A stretch of 62,741 bases of DNA, the filler included. It is 14 parts of 14 records of this genome, joined end to end, with 100 filler letters (N's around TTAATTAATTAA, not from the genome) between each part and the next. Parts side by side here need not be neighbours in the genome. Positions count along the whole stretch, not along the records: positions 10,233 to 14,774 come from SRR15195285_14808; positions 14,875 to 19,389 come from SRR15195285_14818; positions 19,490 to 23,699 come from SRR15195285_14883; 11 more parts are not named here. One strand, 5' to 3'. Positions 10,496 through 20,230 of this stretch are shown piece after piece. The position numbers were made by a program, and so were the translations under genes. Below the pieces are notes generated by a model. The model was not told the origin of the DNA. It ran no database searches and was given only the letters and a program-made list of their open reading frames with translations. Positions within the stretch are counted from its first letter, which is position 1; each line of letters begins with the position of its first letter.

Positions 10496-13400
10496 TCATC
10501 CTATCTTTCCTACGGCGACCGCTATCTTTGTGGCTTGCTCAGTAGCTTGCGCCGCGAACGCCTGAAGCTGTGTGAGCGTTTGGTTAAAGTATGCATCGCC
10601 ACCATGCATCGAGCGTATGGCGTGTTCGATGCTCTGCCATGTAGTCACCAATGCCATGGCTTCTTGCGCCCCTTGCTTCGGCCGATCAAGCATGTCTCGG
10701 GTCAGCGTTTTCCCATTCGACAATCGATCTGCTCGCGAACGATTGCAATTGATCAGCCCGTAAATTAATCAGTGTGTACATTGACTGACACAAAAGTATC
10801 AGCCATTGCGGTCGTACAGACCTGTTTTGGTTCACATTGCGTAGGTTGACATCACTCACAAGTCGGTTTGAAGGTTCCGAATTCAAGAAGCACAGCCTCC
10901 GTTCGTGGGTCTGTATGGTTCTTGTACAGCGTCTGCACTGTTTGTGAGTAGCCCGTCCGCTCAAACAGCTCGTCAGCGGCACTCTGAACGGTCCCGATGC
11001 CATGGTGGTCCAGAACATGCTTCACAGAGTTCGGTGAGCGGAAACTGCCGTCATCTTCGAATTCGTACCCTTGATTGAATGTACGCACATCAAACATCAG
11101 TAAGTAGCGATGTAGCCGGGGGATAGGCACAGGGGTCTGTTGGAGAGCTCGGTGCGTTAATGCTCACAGACACCACGGTAGCCATGGTAGATCCCTAACA
11201 GAGTAGCGATTCCTTCCGAGCTGATGAGCATCTGATTCACTACCGCGGTGGTTGTGCCCTTGCTGCTTCCATGAGTCGTTGCGAAGGTCTGGCCAAGCCA
11301 CTCGTGGTAGATCTCCTCTTTTGTCATTGACGTGTTCCAGGCCAGGCGGCCGTAACCGTACAGATTCACCAGGTTCAAAGGCTGCGTGTACCTGAAACGT
11401 TGGCCAGACGACAAAGTGCGCATACGGTCAGTCAGGTACTCAGCACGCATATATGATACTACCGGAGGTACGTGCATTGTGGATGAATGAGATGACGAAG
11501 CCGCGTGTACAGGGTTTAGCTGCAAGTAAGTTTACCAGCTGGGGTCTGTGCCCATCATAATCACGCCGACCATCGAGCCACCTTCGATCGCATCCTTGTT
11601 CAACAATTTCGTCGAGCTCAGCCTGGGCCCAGCTGCTGCATTTGTCCCTCTGCCGTTATCAAAGTTCAGCCATGTATGCCACGCTTCCAACCACGACATC
11701 GGAAAACTCTTCCCAACAACCACCTCGGCGCCGTACTTCGTCTTCTTGAGAAGTCCGTCGAGTGGGTTTATCGGCTCTATAGTTTCGAAGTCAAGTGCCT
11801 GCAAGCAGTAGTGAAAAAGTTTACATTGCAGTGTGAAGTTTGTCTTCATGAGAACAACTGGGCACGAAGCGGTGCTGAAACAAAGCAGCCTGTGCATTTT
11901 ACCGTGTACTTGCCAGCAATGTGAACGTTTGACAAATAATCGCCATCATATTGACCAAAGTATGCCGCTGGGATCGCTATGCGATTCGTGCACTCCGCAC
12001 CACCTGGACACTTGTAGTACGAACGATGGCTGCCATAAATGAAGCCACGCAAGACGACGGTGCCACTAGTCTCTCCTGATGCATTACGCAACAATGTCTG
12101 TGCGATACGATTGATTGTGGGCGGATCTGGCTGACCACCCTGCGCTTCTGATCCAATCTTCAACAAATAACCTCCAAAGTCTGGCACGGATTGATACAAT
12201 GCATCCGCAGCAATCGGTGCGAGCTGGTAGTTCGGTGTCCAGTAGAGTTTGATGCCGAAGCGACGCACAAGGTCTCCCATGACCCGCAACTCGGGAAGGT
12301 GTTCTAAGAAATTATCACGTTCGTCGTAGTTCACGTCTTGAGGCGCCAGTGCATTGATCCCCACGGATGCGATCAGTCGGCACCAGTCGGTGATTCTCTT
12401 CGTCGCGTTTACATGCCCTGCAGCTGCCAAACGGAGAGCTGCCCAGTCAAACATCGAGTCGGCTCGCCCCGCCATTCTCGGTGGCGTCCATAGATCAGCG
12501 TGTGACGCCCCACGCCACTGAGACCAGTGGTTGAGCATACGAATTGACGTCGATGGCCGCTCGGTCCGATCTAGCGCAGCCGCTGTCCACACTCGGGCCA
12601 GGCGCAGATGCCGCAGCAGTGCAAACGCGCCGTACAGCACTCCACTTGGCCCTCCGCCGATGAGTAGAACACGCTTAGATGATGTGAGCAGTTTCAGAGA
12701 GAATGCTTCGGGCTCACCAGCAACTGGGCATGCTGTCTCTACCCCGAGCAGCTGCCGAATATGCTCGTCCCCACAACTGCCGACGACAACAGAGCCGGTG
12801 GCCAAAACCTTCGCTAGCGCGTCGTCTGAGGCCGTGACGTCAAATGCGCCCACTCCGAATCCAGACACCAGCTCGCTCACAGCTGTGACATGCGCAGGGC
12901 CCACGGCACTGCCAGCCACATTGTGTGACGCCCAAATGATCCGCCGTAGCCAGGGCGCAGCGCTAATACTTGAAGAATCTGAACTTGCATCAGCGTGATT
13001 GAGCCACGCTTGGTACATTCCACGCTCAGCTGCTGGAATTTGGCCGCGGACTCGCGCCATCTCGTCAGGTGTCCAGCTGCGATTTGATTCAGTGATCTCT
13101 GCGGCAGTTGGCAAACTCACCCGGGTTGCGTTGTAGATCCGTGCGCTCTGGTTGTGCAGTTGCGCAACCTGCAGGTCAGAGAAATTGCCACTGAAAATCC
13201 TTATCTCGCCAAGCATGCCGGACCAGCTACCGAAACTCAGTTCTCTAGAATGTGCTGGTGCCGGGCTGGGCGATGGGCTGCTACCATCCTTGACGTACGC
13301 GTTGTCGCCCGCGCTGCTTTCGTGCACTGACACACCATCGACGCCTCTGCACTCCTTGCCCTTCGGATTGTAGTCGAAGCACTTGCAAGACGTGCTGTTG

Positions 13401-14131
13401 CAGCGAGATGCGCAAGCATGTAGCGTGGCTGGCTTAAGCTGGAAGATCCGCTTGCCCCCTTTGTCAGAGCAGTAGCTATTTGCTGTCTCCGTGTAGCCTT
13501 GAGGTGCAGGGAGCGCTGTTGCGAGTTGCTTTGTCGAAGATACCCACGCCTGGCCATTACTGTCACTGCTGGATGCGCAGCGCCGGCCGTCCACGTATAG
13601 AGTCGTAGCGCCTCGTCCGAAGTTGATTGCTATGTGATGCCACTCCCCTGGAGGCAAATAGGCACACTGCGTTGGATAGGGTTTCCACTCGCCGCCACTC
13701 TCACTTGCTTCTGTCTCGATGAATTGGCGGTAGAGTTCCACCGCGAACGAATGTCCCTTGACGATGGTGGCGTCCCCCCAGAAGTAGTTTACCCACATAG
13801 ATATGCTCATCTCTTTCAGACCGTCCGTCGTACTGCGTGCCAGAAAAAACCCCACCGAGCCGTTTCCGAACATTCGGAGTGCTGTTGCATTGCTGCCAGG
13901 CACCTGCAGTGGCCTCAGCTGCGCGACGGTGGGGTCAAACCTGCCCACGCCTGCACCCACGCGCGGTTGTACTGCGCCCTGTGGCGTGGCATCGTCGAAA
14001 GTCCACCAGCCAACGAGCGACGCCTCCCGCTGATCATGATCGGCAAGGGCAGTCACGACGATCATCAGTGTCGCTCGAGCGCAGAACCCCAGTACCGTCG
14101 CTCCACCCTCGGTGGCGGTGCAACGTGTCAT
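10496..14131 (-). CDS. Secreted GH67 alpha-glucuronidase-like enzyme with N-terminal LamG/ConA domain and inserted PAN/Apple-like module (5 exons, ~1052 aa)
   Basis: GH67 motifs RMLNHW, RLIASVGINAL, PDFGGYLLKIGSE, RGFIYG, LDFETIEPINPL, NLYGYGRLAWN, YRLSNGKTL. Introns 11799-11902, 11392-11535, 11070-11167 and 10729-10859 (all GT-AG) restore the frame (3159 nt). LamG motifs LVGWWTFD, SISMWV, GEWHHIAI, LYVDG, GEIRIF. Confidence 0.85.
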
Positions 14132-14774
14132 GTCGTCGCGCCGTCTCCGCATCCATCCCCCGCGGCGCGCGCCGGCGGCGCGGGCTCCGTGCGCGTTCCG
14201 TACTAGTATCCGTGCGCGCGTCGTCCGTCCGCGACCAAGTGCATTATTCGCATTCAGTGTGCATGACAATTGACATGCATCGATGCATGAGCCATGAGGC
14301 CGAGCGGGCGGGGTTGTTCTCGCTCGTCGCGATTCGATTCGATTCGTCTCGTACAGTTGCACAGGACTCAATCTCGTAATTACCAGGAATTCCCACATAC
14401 AGCTGTTGAATGAGTCGAGGCATTTTCAATTGTTTCAAATCAATACACTCCGGCGCCATTCCGCTGTACACTTCGTATACCAGTAATTCACTACCTTGTG
14501 TTGCATCACTCGTGACGAATGCACCTGTTGAGCAACACCTGTTGAGCAGGACATTATGCGAAATGGAAATACGACTTTATTGATCAGCAGAACTGAGGAA
14601 TCCGATTCAGAAATGACGAGTCGATCCTGCATTCACAGGCTGGCTCAGAATTCAACCCTCCGCAGAGTGAAAACAACACCACTTTCAGTAGTAATGCGCA
14701 AGAAAAAGCATCGACTCCAGGCGGTCAGAAGGGTGCACTGCGTTCCTCAGTGCGTTTTCCGTACTCCCAACGAA

Positions 14775-14874
14775 NNNNNNNNNNNNNNNNNNNNNNNNNN
14801 NNNNNNNNNNNNNNNNNNTTAATTAATTAANNNNNNNNNNNNNNNNNNNNNNNNNNNNNNNNNNNNNNNNNNNN
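14775..14874. other. Artificial contig spacer
   Basis: N44-TTAATTAATTAA-N44. Confidence 0.99.
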
Positions 14875-14975
14875 CTTGTCGCTTGAAGTAGGTGTAATAC
14901 GGTACGTACGCGCGCGTGCGTGCGCCCCAGCGCCGGGGCACCAAATTGGAGCTCGTGGGGGGCCACGAGCGAACG

Positions 14976-17337
14976 ATGAGGATGGCGCTGCTGCTTGTCG
15001 GCGCGGTGGCCGCAGCGGCTGATCGCCCGCAGACTGCGGCAGGCTCGAAGCCACACATCCTCAGCATCCTCCAAGATGGTACGTGCATGCGCTCGATTAC
15101 TGTACTGTATAATGCCACCCACCAGCAGGAGGCTGTCGAACTGCGTTGCTTCTCGGAATGCTTTCTGCACAACACACGCTCCGAAGCCTCATATCCAGGT
15201 GCATGCTCGGGCCCAGATCTCGGCTACTACGACACGGGCATACACAATCCCAGCGCAACCGCTTGGACAGCCAACATTACCGCGCTCGCGAAGGAAGGGA
15301 TCGTCCTAACCAACCACTACACACACTGGCACTGTAGTCCGACGCGCAGATCTTTCCTCACAGGCCGGCTGCCGATACACCACGGCGAGCAGCTGTCTGG
15401 AGACACCACGGATGATATCGACCTACGCATGGACTGGGTCTCGGACAAGCTGCACGCCGCTGGATACCAATCCCACTGGTTTGGCAAGAAGCACACTGGT
15501 TTCAAAAGCATGCACCATCTCGGCGTCGAGCACGGCTTCACCAGCACCGTTGGCTCTTTCCAGACTGGCGGGCCGTATTCAGGCCCCAGGCACTCGATGC
15601 GGTGGCAGGACGACCACCCCATTTGGCAAGACTCTCAGTTTGAAAACATGCCTGGCGCTGACGCCAACCGTGACGGTCTTCTGTGTAACCAAACAGGTGG
15701 AGGGCCGGATGGCGAAGATCCAGCTTACGTCTCTGCAATCGCGTCATGTCCCACCAACGCAACTATCCTCATTGGCATGGACTTGCAGTGTGGTTCAGCG
15801 ATGAAGAAGGAGACAGCGCTCTCAGCAACCGCGTGCTGTGCCAGCTGTAGTGCCACACCTGGCTGCACGCACTGGGTTTTTCATCCGTGGGAGGATGAAA
15901 CTAGTTGTCACATCAAGACCGGCAAAACTTGCAGTGGGACGGCCACACCAGGCTCGACCGCAGGTATCCTGGCAAATCCGTCGCCTGGTCCCGGTCCTGG
16001 TCCAGCTCAGGGACCTGCAGCGTGCACAAACGAGTATTCGACCGATCTGTGGGGGCGTTTAGGGCTGCAAGCAGTTCAGCAGCACCCTCTACCAACGCCT
16101 CTCTACGTGCACCTTTGCTTCGAGGCCGTGCATACACCATATGACAAAGCACCTGGCGATCCCACAGATACTGTCTACAAGGGACTGGTCTGGCGTGCAG
16201 ATGTTTATATCGGAGAGATTGTTGCAACCCTAAAAGCTCGAGCGATGTGGGATACAACGGTGGTAGTCTACAGCGCCGATAACGGCGGCGTTGGGTCGGG
16301 CATAAACTGGCCACTACGTGGCGAGGTAAGATAGTGCGCTCGCTGCGTGATGCGCTGCTTACATGCTGTTGAATCGCACTCTCATGCACATGCCTGCTCG
16401 GCATGAGGGGTGCAGAAACACAGCAACTGGGAGGGTGGTCTGCGGACGGCGGCTTTTGTGAGTGGTGGGCTGATTCCAGCGGCGCTGCGTGGGACGACGA
16501 ATGCTGTTACCATTCACGTTGTCGACTGGTAAACACTAATCGACCTATGATCATCGTACACTAGTCAGACTGTTGCTAACAATGGCGTGGACTTTGGTGT
16601 TGACGTTGGTCTGTGTTTGTCGATTTAGGTACGCGACGTTTGCCGTTCTTGCTGGGCAGACAGCCAACGACGACCCACCAGTTATGCCAATCAAGGGTGA
16701 GCACGACAATCCATTCAAGAACGTGTATGGCGATGAGAGCTTCCCACCGCTTGATGGCGTGGATGTATGGCCAATGCTCATGGAACCCCAAAATCATGCC
16801 ATCGACTCGGCACATTCTCATCTGGTTCTTTCTAAGGAGGTTCTAATTGCAGCAAACTACAAGCTGATTGTCGCTCAGCCGTCTTTCAAAACGCAGAACA
16901 ATGGCTGGAAGAATCAGAACGGTTCCTGGTCAGCGGAGAACGACGGCTACCCTGTGGAAGACTGCACGTTCCAGACATTACCGCCAGCGAGTTCATTTTT
17001 CCCCGTGCCACACAATGCTTCAATGCAGCCCTGTCTATTCGACATCCGCAAAGATCCCAGCGAGCGCCACAACCTCGCTGCACAACTTCCTGCCATCGTC
17101 ATGGAGCTTTGGGCTGTACTGAACTCTACAATTCTCACGCAACGTGACTGCTCTGGCTGGAGTTACAAGGGGACGCCAGGCAGCATCCCAGGGCCGTTTA
17201 ACCCAACGGAGAATCAAACGGGGTGCTCGCCACCAGCCAAGCTTGGAGTGTGTGACGCAAGCTGCGCGAAAGCGCATTGGCAGAGCGGATTCGGCAACAG
17301 CGACGGCCCGATATGTGATGTGCCTGGCTGCAGCTAG
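14976..17337 (+). CDS. Secreted arylsulfatase (S1 formylglycine-dependent, ARSB-like) with inserted PAN/Apple-like module (4 exons, ~677 aa)
   Basis: Signal peptide; KPHILSILQDDLG after removing intron 15079-15216; CSPTRRSFLTGR signature; GKKH; AVHTP; SADNGG..NWPLRGEKHSNWEGG (intron 16326-16415); HVVDWYAT (intron 16529-16628); LFDIRKDPSERHNLA. Confidence 0.92.
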
Positions 17338-17402
17338 TAAAGCTTTCAATTCAACGAGTCGGATTTTTCTCTGAACTTGTACATGTAGCAAAGTCGAATC
17401 TG

Positions 17403-19235
17403 CTATTCAGAGCAAACATCCACGACAAACGTAGTAACCGAGTAAGGTAGAAGCGTTGTCTGCAGCTTGTGCGTCGGCTGTGTTCGTGACATAGCTTCGT
17501 GGCGACGATCCCAGCTGTCAGCCTCTGGCATGTTGACCAAGCGTTCCTCTCCTATGTGTTCACTGTTGTACTCTTCGGAAGTAACATGCACCGCTGCACA
17601 AAGTGCCTCGCCCTGCACTTGTCGAACAAGAGTTCCAGACATGCCAGCTAATGGCTGTGCGATAGCTATCGCAGAGGCGTGGTCGTTCGTATATACAAGC
17701 ACCGGACGGCCACGTGGATCAAGGGCTGCAAGCAGCACTGGGGCAGTCACAGCAGACCGATTTTGGCTCGACCATTTGGGTTGCGCGATGATGACAGACC
17801 CAGGGCGGATATGGGCAGTGAATTGTCGGTAGGCGTAAAAGCTCTTGCGAATCGCAAAGGCGCCAACGGCGCCATTGAAATCTGCGTGACGTTCCAGGCG
17901 CTCGGATTTGGGCGATGCCTCACAGCAGGTCAGTGCGCATGAATCCTTGCCGAAGTCAGTCCGACAAGCCTCAGCGAGCGTCTGGCCGCCCTTGAGTGCA
18001 CCCCACTGCGTATTGACAGACCACTGCTGGCAAGCAGCATGCGGATCATGGCTCCATGATGGCGTCCACGTGTCTTTTTTTGCAGCGCACTGCGGTGGTG
18101 GTGGCCTGCACTCGCAACTCTCACCGTGCTCGCAGCCACAGTACGTTGCTGCTGTAAGGCCCCACCCAGACTTGACTGTCAGAGAGTTGTCGAGGTCAGC
18201 CACCTGCCACAGTGTCCAGACACTAAAGTTTCCCTCGTTGAGATCTAGCGTTATCCGCTTCGCAAGCGTCAAGCCGGATGTATCGCCGTCACCATACTCG
18301 CTCGCCCATAGCCGCTTACCATGTGTTGCTGCAAAGCTGCTGAGTGCCTGGCGCTGTCCAGGGCGTCCGTTGTACGTGTGAGTGGTGATGAGCGTAACCT
18401 GCTCCAGATCATCCTTCGCGTAAGCACTGACGGAACCCAACGTGTCGTCGACCCAGTTCTCTTCTGCAGCGCTCACGCCTATTGGTAAACTCAGTGACTT
18501 TAGTGCCTTGGCAGTCAGGCCGACGATGCGTGACTGCGAGCTTCGATCGAAGTGGCAGCCCTCCTGCGATTTGCCAAGCTTCCACCAGTCAGTGACCGGC
18601 TCATTCAGCGGTGTCACAGAGTCAAAGGTCACGTTCCAGGCGCTGTGGAAGTGTTGGCACACGCGAGCGAGGTAGTCTGCGAATGCATCGAACTGGTCAG
18701 CCCGCAGGTTATCTGTCTTCCCGTTTTTGCTGCCTGTGACGGAGCCAGTGACCGTCATCCACCATGGCGGCGAGTTGGCGAATGCCTGTACGTACTGCAC
18801 GCCACGCTTCTTTGCCGCCGCGACGACGCGCCGCTGCGTCGAGTCTGCAGTCCAGTCGTACACAGCCGTCGCGGACGGATTCTCCGGTTCGCGCAGGTAG
18901 GTCTGGACGAATCCGCCGGGACGCAGAAAGTGCCCGTCGCCCGCGGCCACATCGGAGCCCCCGATATTGTAGCGAACTTGATTCAGTCCTAGCCCCCCGG
19001 AGGTGGCCGGATCGCCAAAGAACTTGTCCATGTACAGCTCAAAGGCGGTGTCGTTCGACCACCCACCGACACCGACTGCCCACCAGCAGAGGCTCGTGCC
19101 GAATCCATCGATTGGCTGCTTCGTCGCGCTGAGGTCGAGCGCCACAAGAACCTCACTAGTAGTGCTCGCAGCACCCACCTGCACCTCGCTCGTGATGAGG
19201 GCTGCGGCCGCGGTGGCAGCCGAGAGCAGCAGCAT
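17403..19235 (-). CDS. Secreted GH30 glycoside hydrolase (endo-beta-1,6-galactanase-like) with Cys-rich insert
   Basis: Signal peptide; DGFGTSLCWWA, GLGLNQVRYNIGG, FANSPPWWMT, acid/base NEP, QEGC, nucleophile LWASEYG, C-terminal LPYSVTTFV; intronless 610 aa. Confidence 0.88.
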   Translation of the reverse strand: MLLLSAATAAAALITSEVQVGAASTTSEVLVALDLSATKQPIDGFGTSLCWWAVGVGGWSNDTAFELYMDKFFGDPATSGGLGLNQVRYNIGGSDVAAGDGHFLRPGGFVQTYLREPENPSATAVYDWTADSTQRRVVAAAKKRGVQYVQAFANSPPWWMTVTGSVTGSKNGKTDNLRADQFDAFADYLARVCQHFHSAWNVTFDSVTPLNEPVTDWWKLGKSQEGCHFDRSSQSRIVGLTAKALKSLSLPIGVSAAEENWVDDTLGSVSAYAKDDLEQVTLITTHTYNGRPGQRQALSSFAATHGKRLWASEYGDGDTSGLTLAKRITLDLNEGNFSVWTLWQVADLDNSLTVKSGWGLTAATYCGCEHGESCECRPPPPQCAAKKDTWTPSWSHDPHAACQQWSVNTQWGALKGGQTLAEACRTDFGKDSCALTCCEASPKSERLERHADFNGAVGAFAIRKSFYAYRQFTAHIRPGSVIIAQPKWSSQNRSAVTAPVLLAALDPRGRPVLVYTNDHASAIAIAQPLAGMSGTLVRQVQGEALCAAVHVTSEEYNSEHIGEERLVNMPEADSWDRRHEAMSRTQPTHKLQTTLLPYSVTTFVVDVCSE

Positions 19236-19389
19236 GGTATGGGTGGATCGCGCACGCAGCTCGCTCTCCTCGGGCCTCCTGCAGTCCGTCCTGCCGGCGG
19301 CGGCTGATGGCTCTGCTCGATCGCGACGCGCACGCGCGCGCCGGCGCGCGCATCGGGCGTGTCGACTTCGAGGCGAAGCCGAAGGAGTT

Positions 19390-19489
19390 NNNNNNNNNNN
19401 NNNNNNNNNNNNNNNNNNNNNNNNNNNNNNNNNTTAATTAATTAANNNNNNNNNNNNNNNNNNNNNNNNNNNNNNNNNNNNNNNNNNNN
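19390..19489. other. Artificial contig spacer
   Basis: N44-TTAATTAATTAA-N44. Confidence 0.99.
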
Positions 19490-19573
19490 CGCCGCGTAAC
19501 GGCGCCATTCCGCACACAGCGATGCCCGCACCCCCTAGCAAGCTCGGTAAGGCAACGAGCGTTGGCAAGGCAA

Positions 19574-19656
19574 AGGGCCGCGGCCCAACGGGTTTTGGCC
19601 GAGTCCTTCTGCGGCCAAAAATAGGACTCGGCCAAAAGCCGTCGGACCGCGGCCCT
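19574..19656. repeat. Inverted repeat / hairpin, 34-bp arms with a 15-nt loop
   Basis: 19574-19607 AGGGCCGCGGCCCAACGGGTTTTGGCCGAGTCCT versus 19623-19656 AGGACTCGGCCAAAAGCCGTCGGACCGCGGCCCT; 3 mismatches, inner 15 bp perfect. Confidence 0.9.
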
Positions 19657-20230
19657 CGGCGCTGCAACATGGGCAAAAAAAGTGACAGTACAGTACGTCA
19701 CAACGGCAGGGAATGAGCAAAGTATGAGCCTGTCTACGTGTCTAGGACTGCGAAACGGGAGAACGAACACACGTCCCTCCAACACAACACACCCCACTCG
19801 CTAGAGCCTAAAGGCTCGGCTAAAGCGATGGCACTGCCGGTATTCAGGCGGCAGTATACGGTGCTCTTCGATGAGTACTCGGAGTACCGGTATTCGAGCC
19901 ATCTGGTATGGAGACGACAAATATCTCGATTAAAGGTGGCTAATCCCGGGCACTCCTTTTCCTAACGCAAACTAGCCACCCGAAGCGCACTCGGGCAGGG
20001 AGCATTTGGTTTAAGCGTGCGGGGCTCGGCCGGGATGGCTAGGGGGTGCCCATCGATGGATGAGACTTCGGTTATGCTTTGTGCATTGATTAGACGGATT
20101 CGGTTGGCGCCTCGGGCGTTCCTTCGCGAACCACCGTTGCTAACCCAAGTCACACGAAGTTCAACGCCGAGTAAAGATCGTTAATGTAGCTTTGCGTGGC
20201 GCTAGGGCGCACCTCCAGGGAGCGCGGCTG

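Noticed and set aside
10496-19235. GH67 + sulfatase + GH30 as a three-gene polysaccharide utilisation locus
   Set aside because: A spacer at 14775-14874 separates GH67 from the other two, so physical linkage is not shown.
19960-20160. Stem-loop-rich stretch (CTAGCCACCCG..CGGGATGGCTAG) as a possible ncRNA
   Set aside because: No recognisable tRNA, snRNA, SRP or RNase P motifs; it may be 3' UTR or a further exon. An Rfam/Infernal search is needed.
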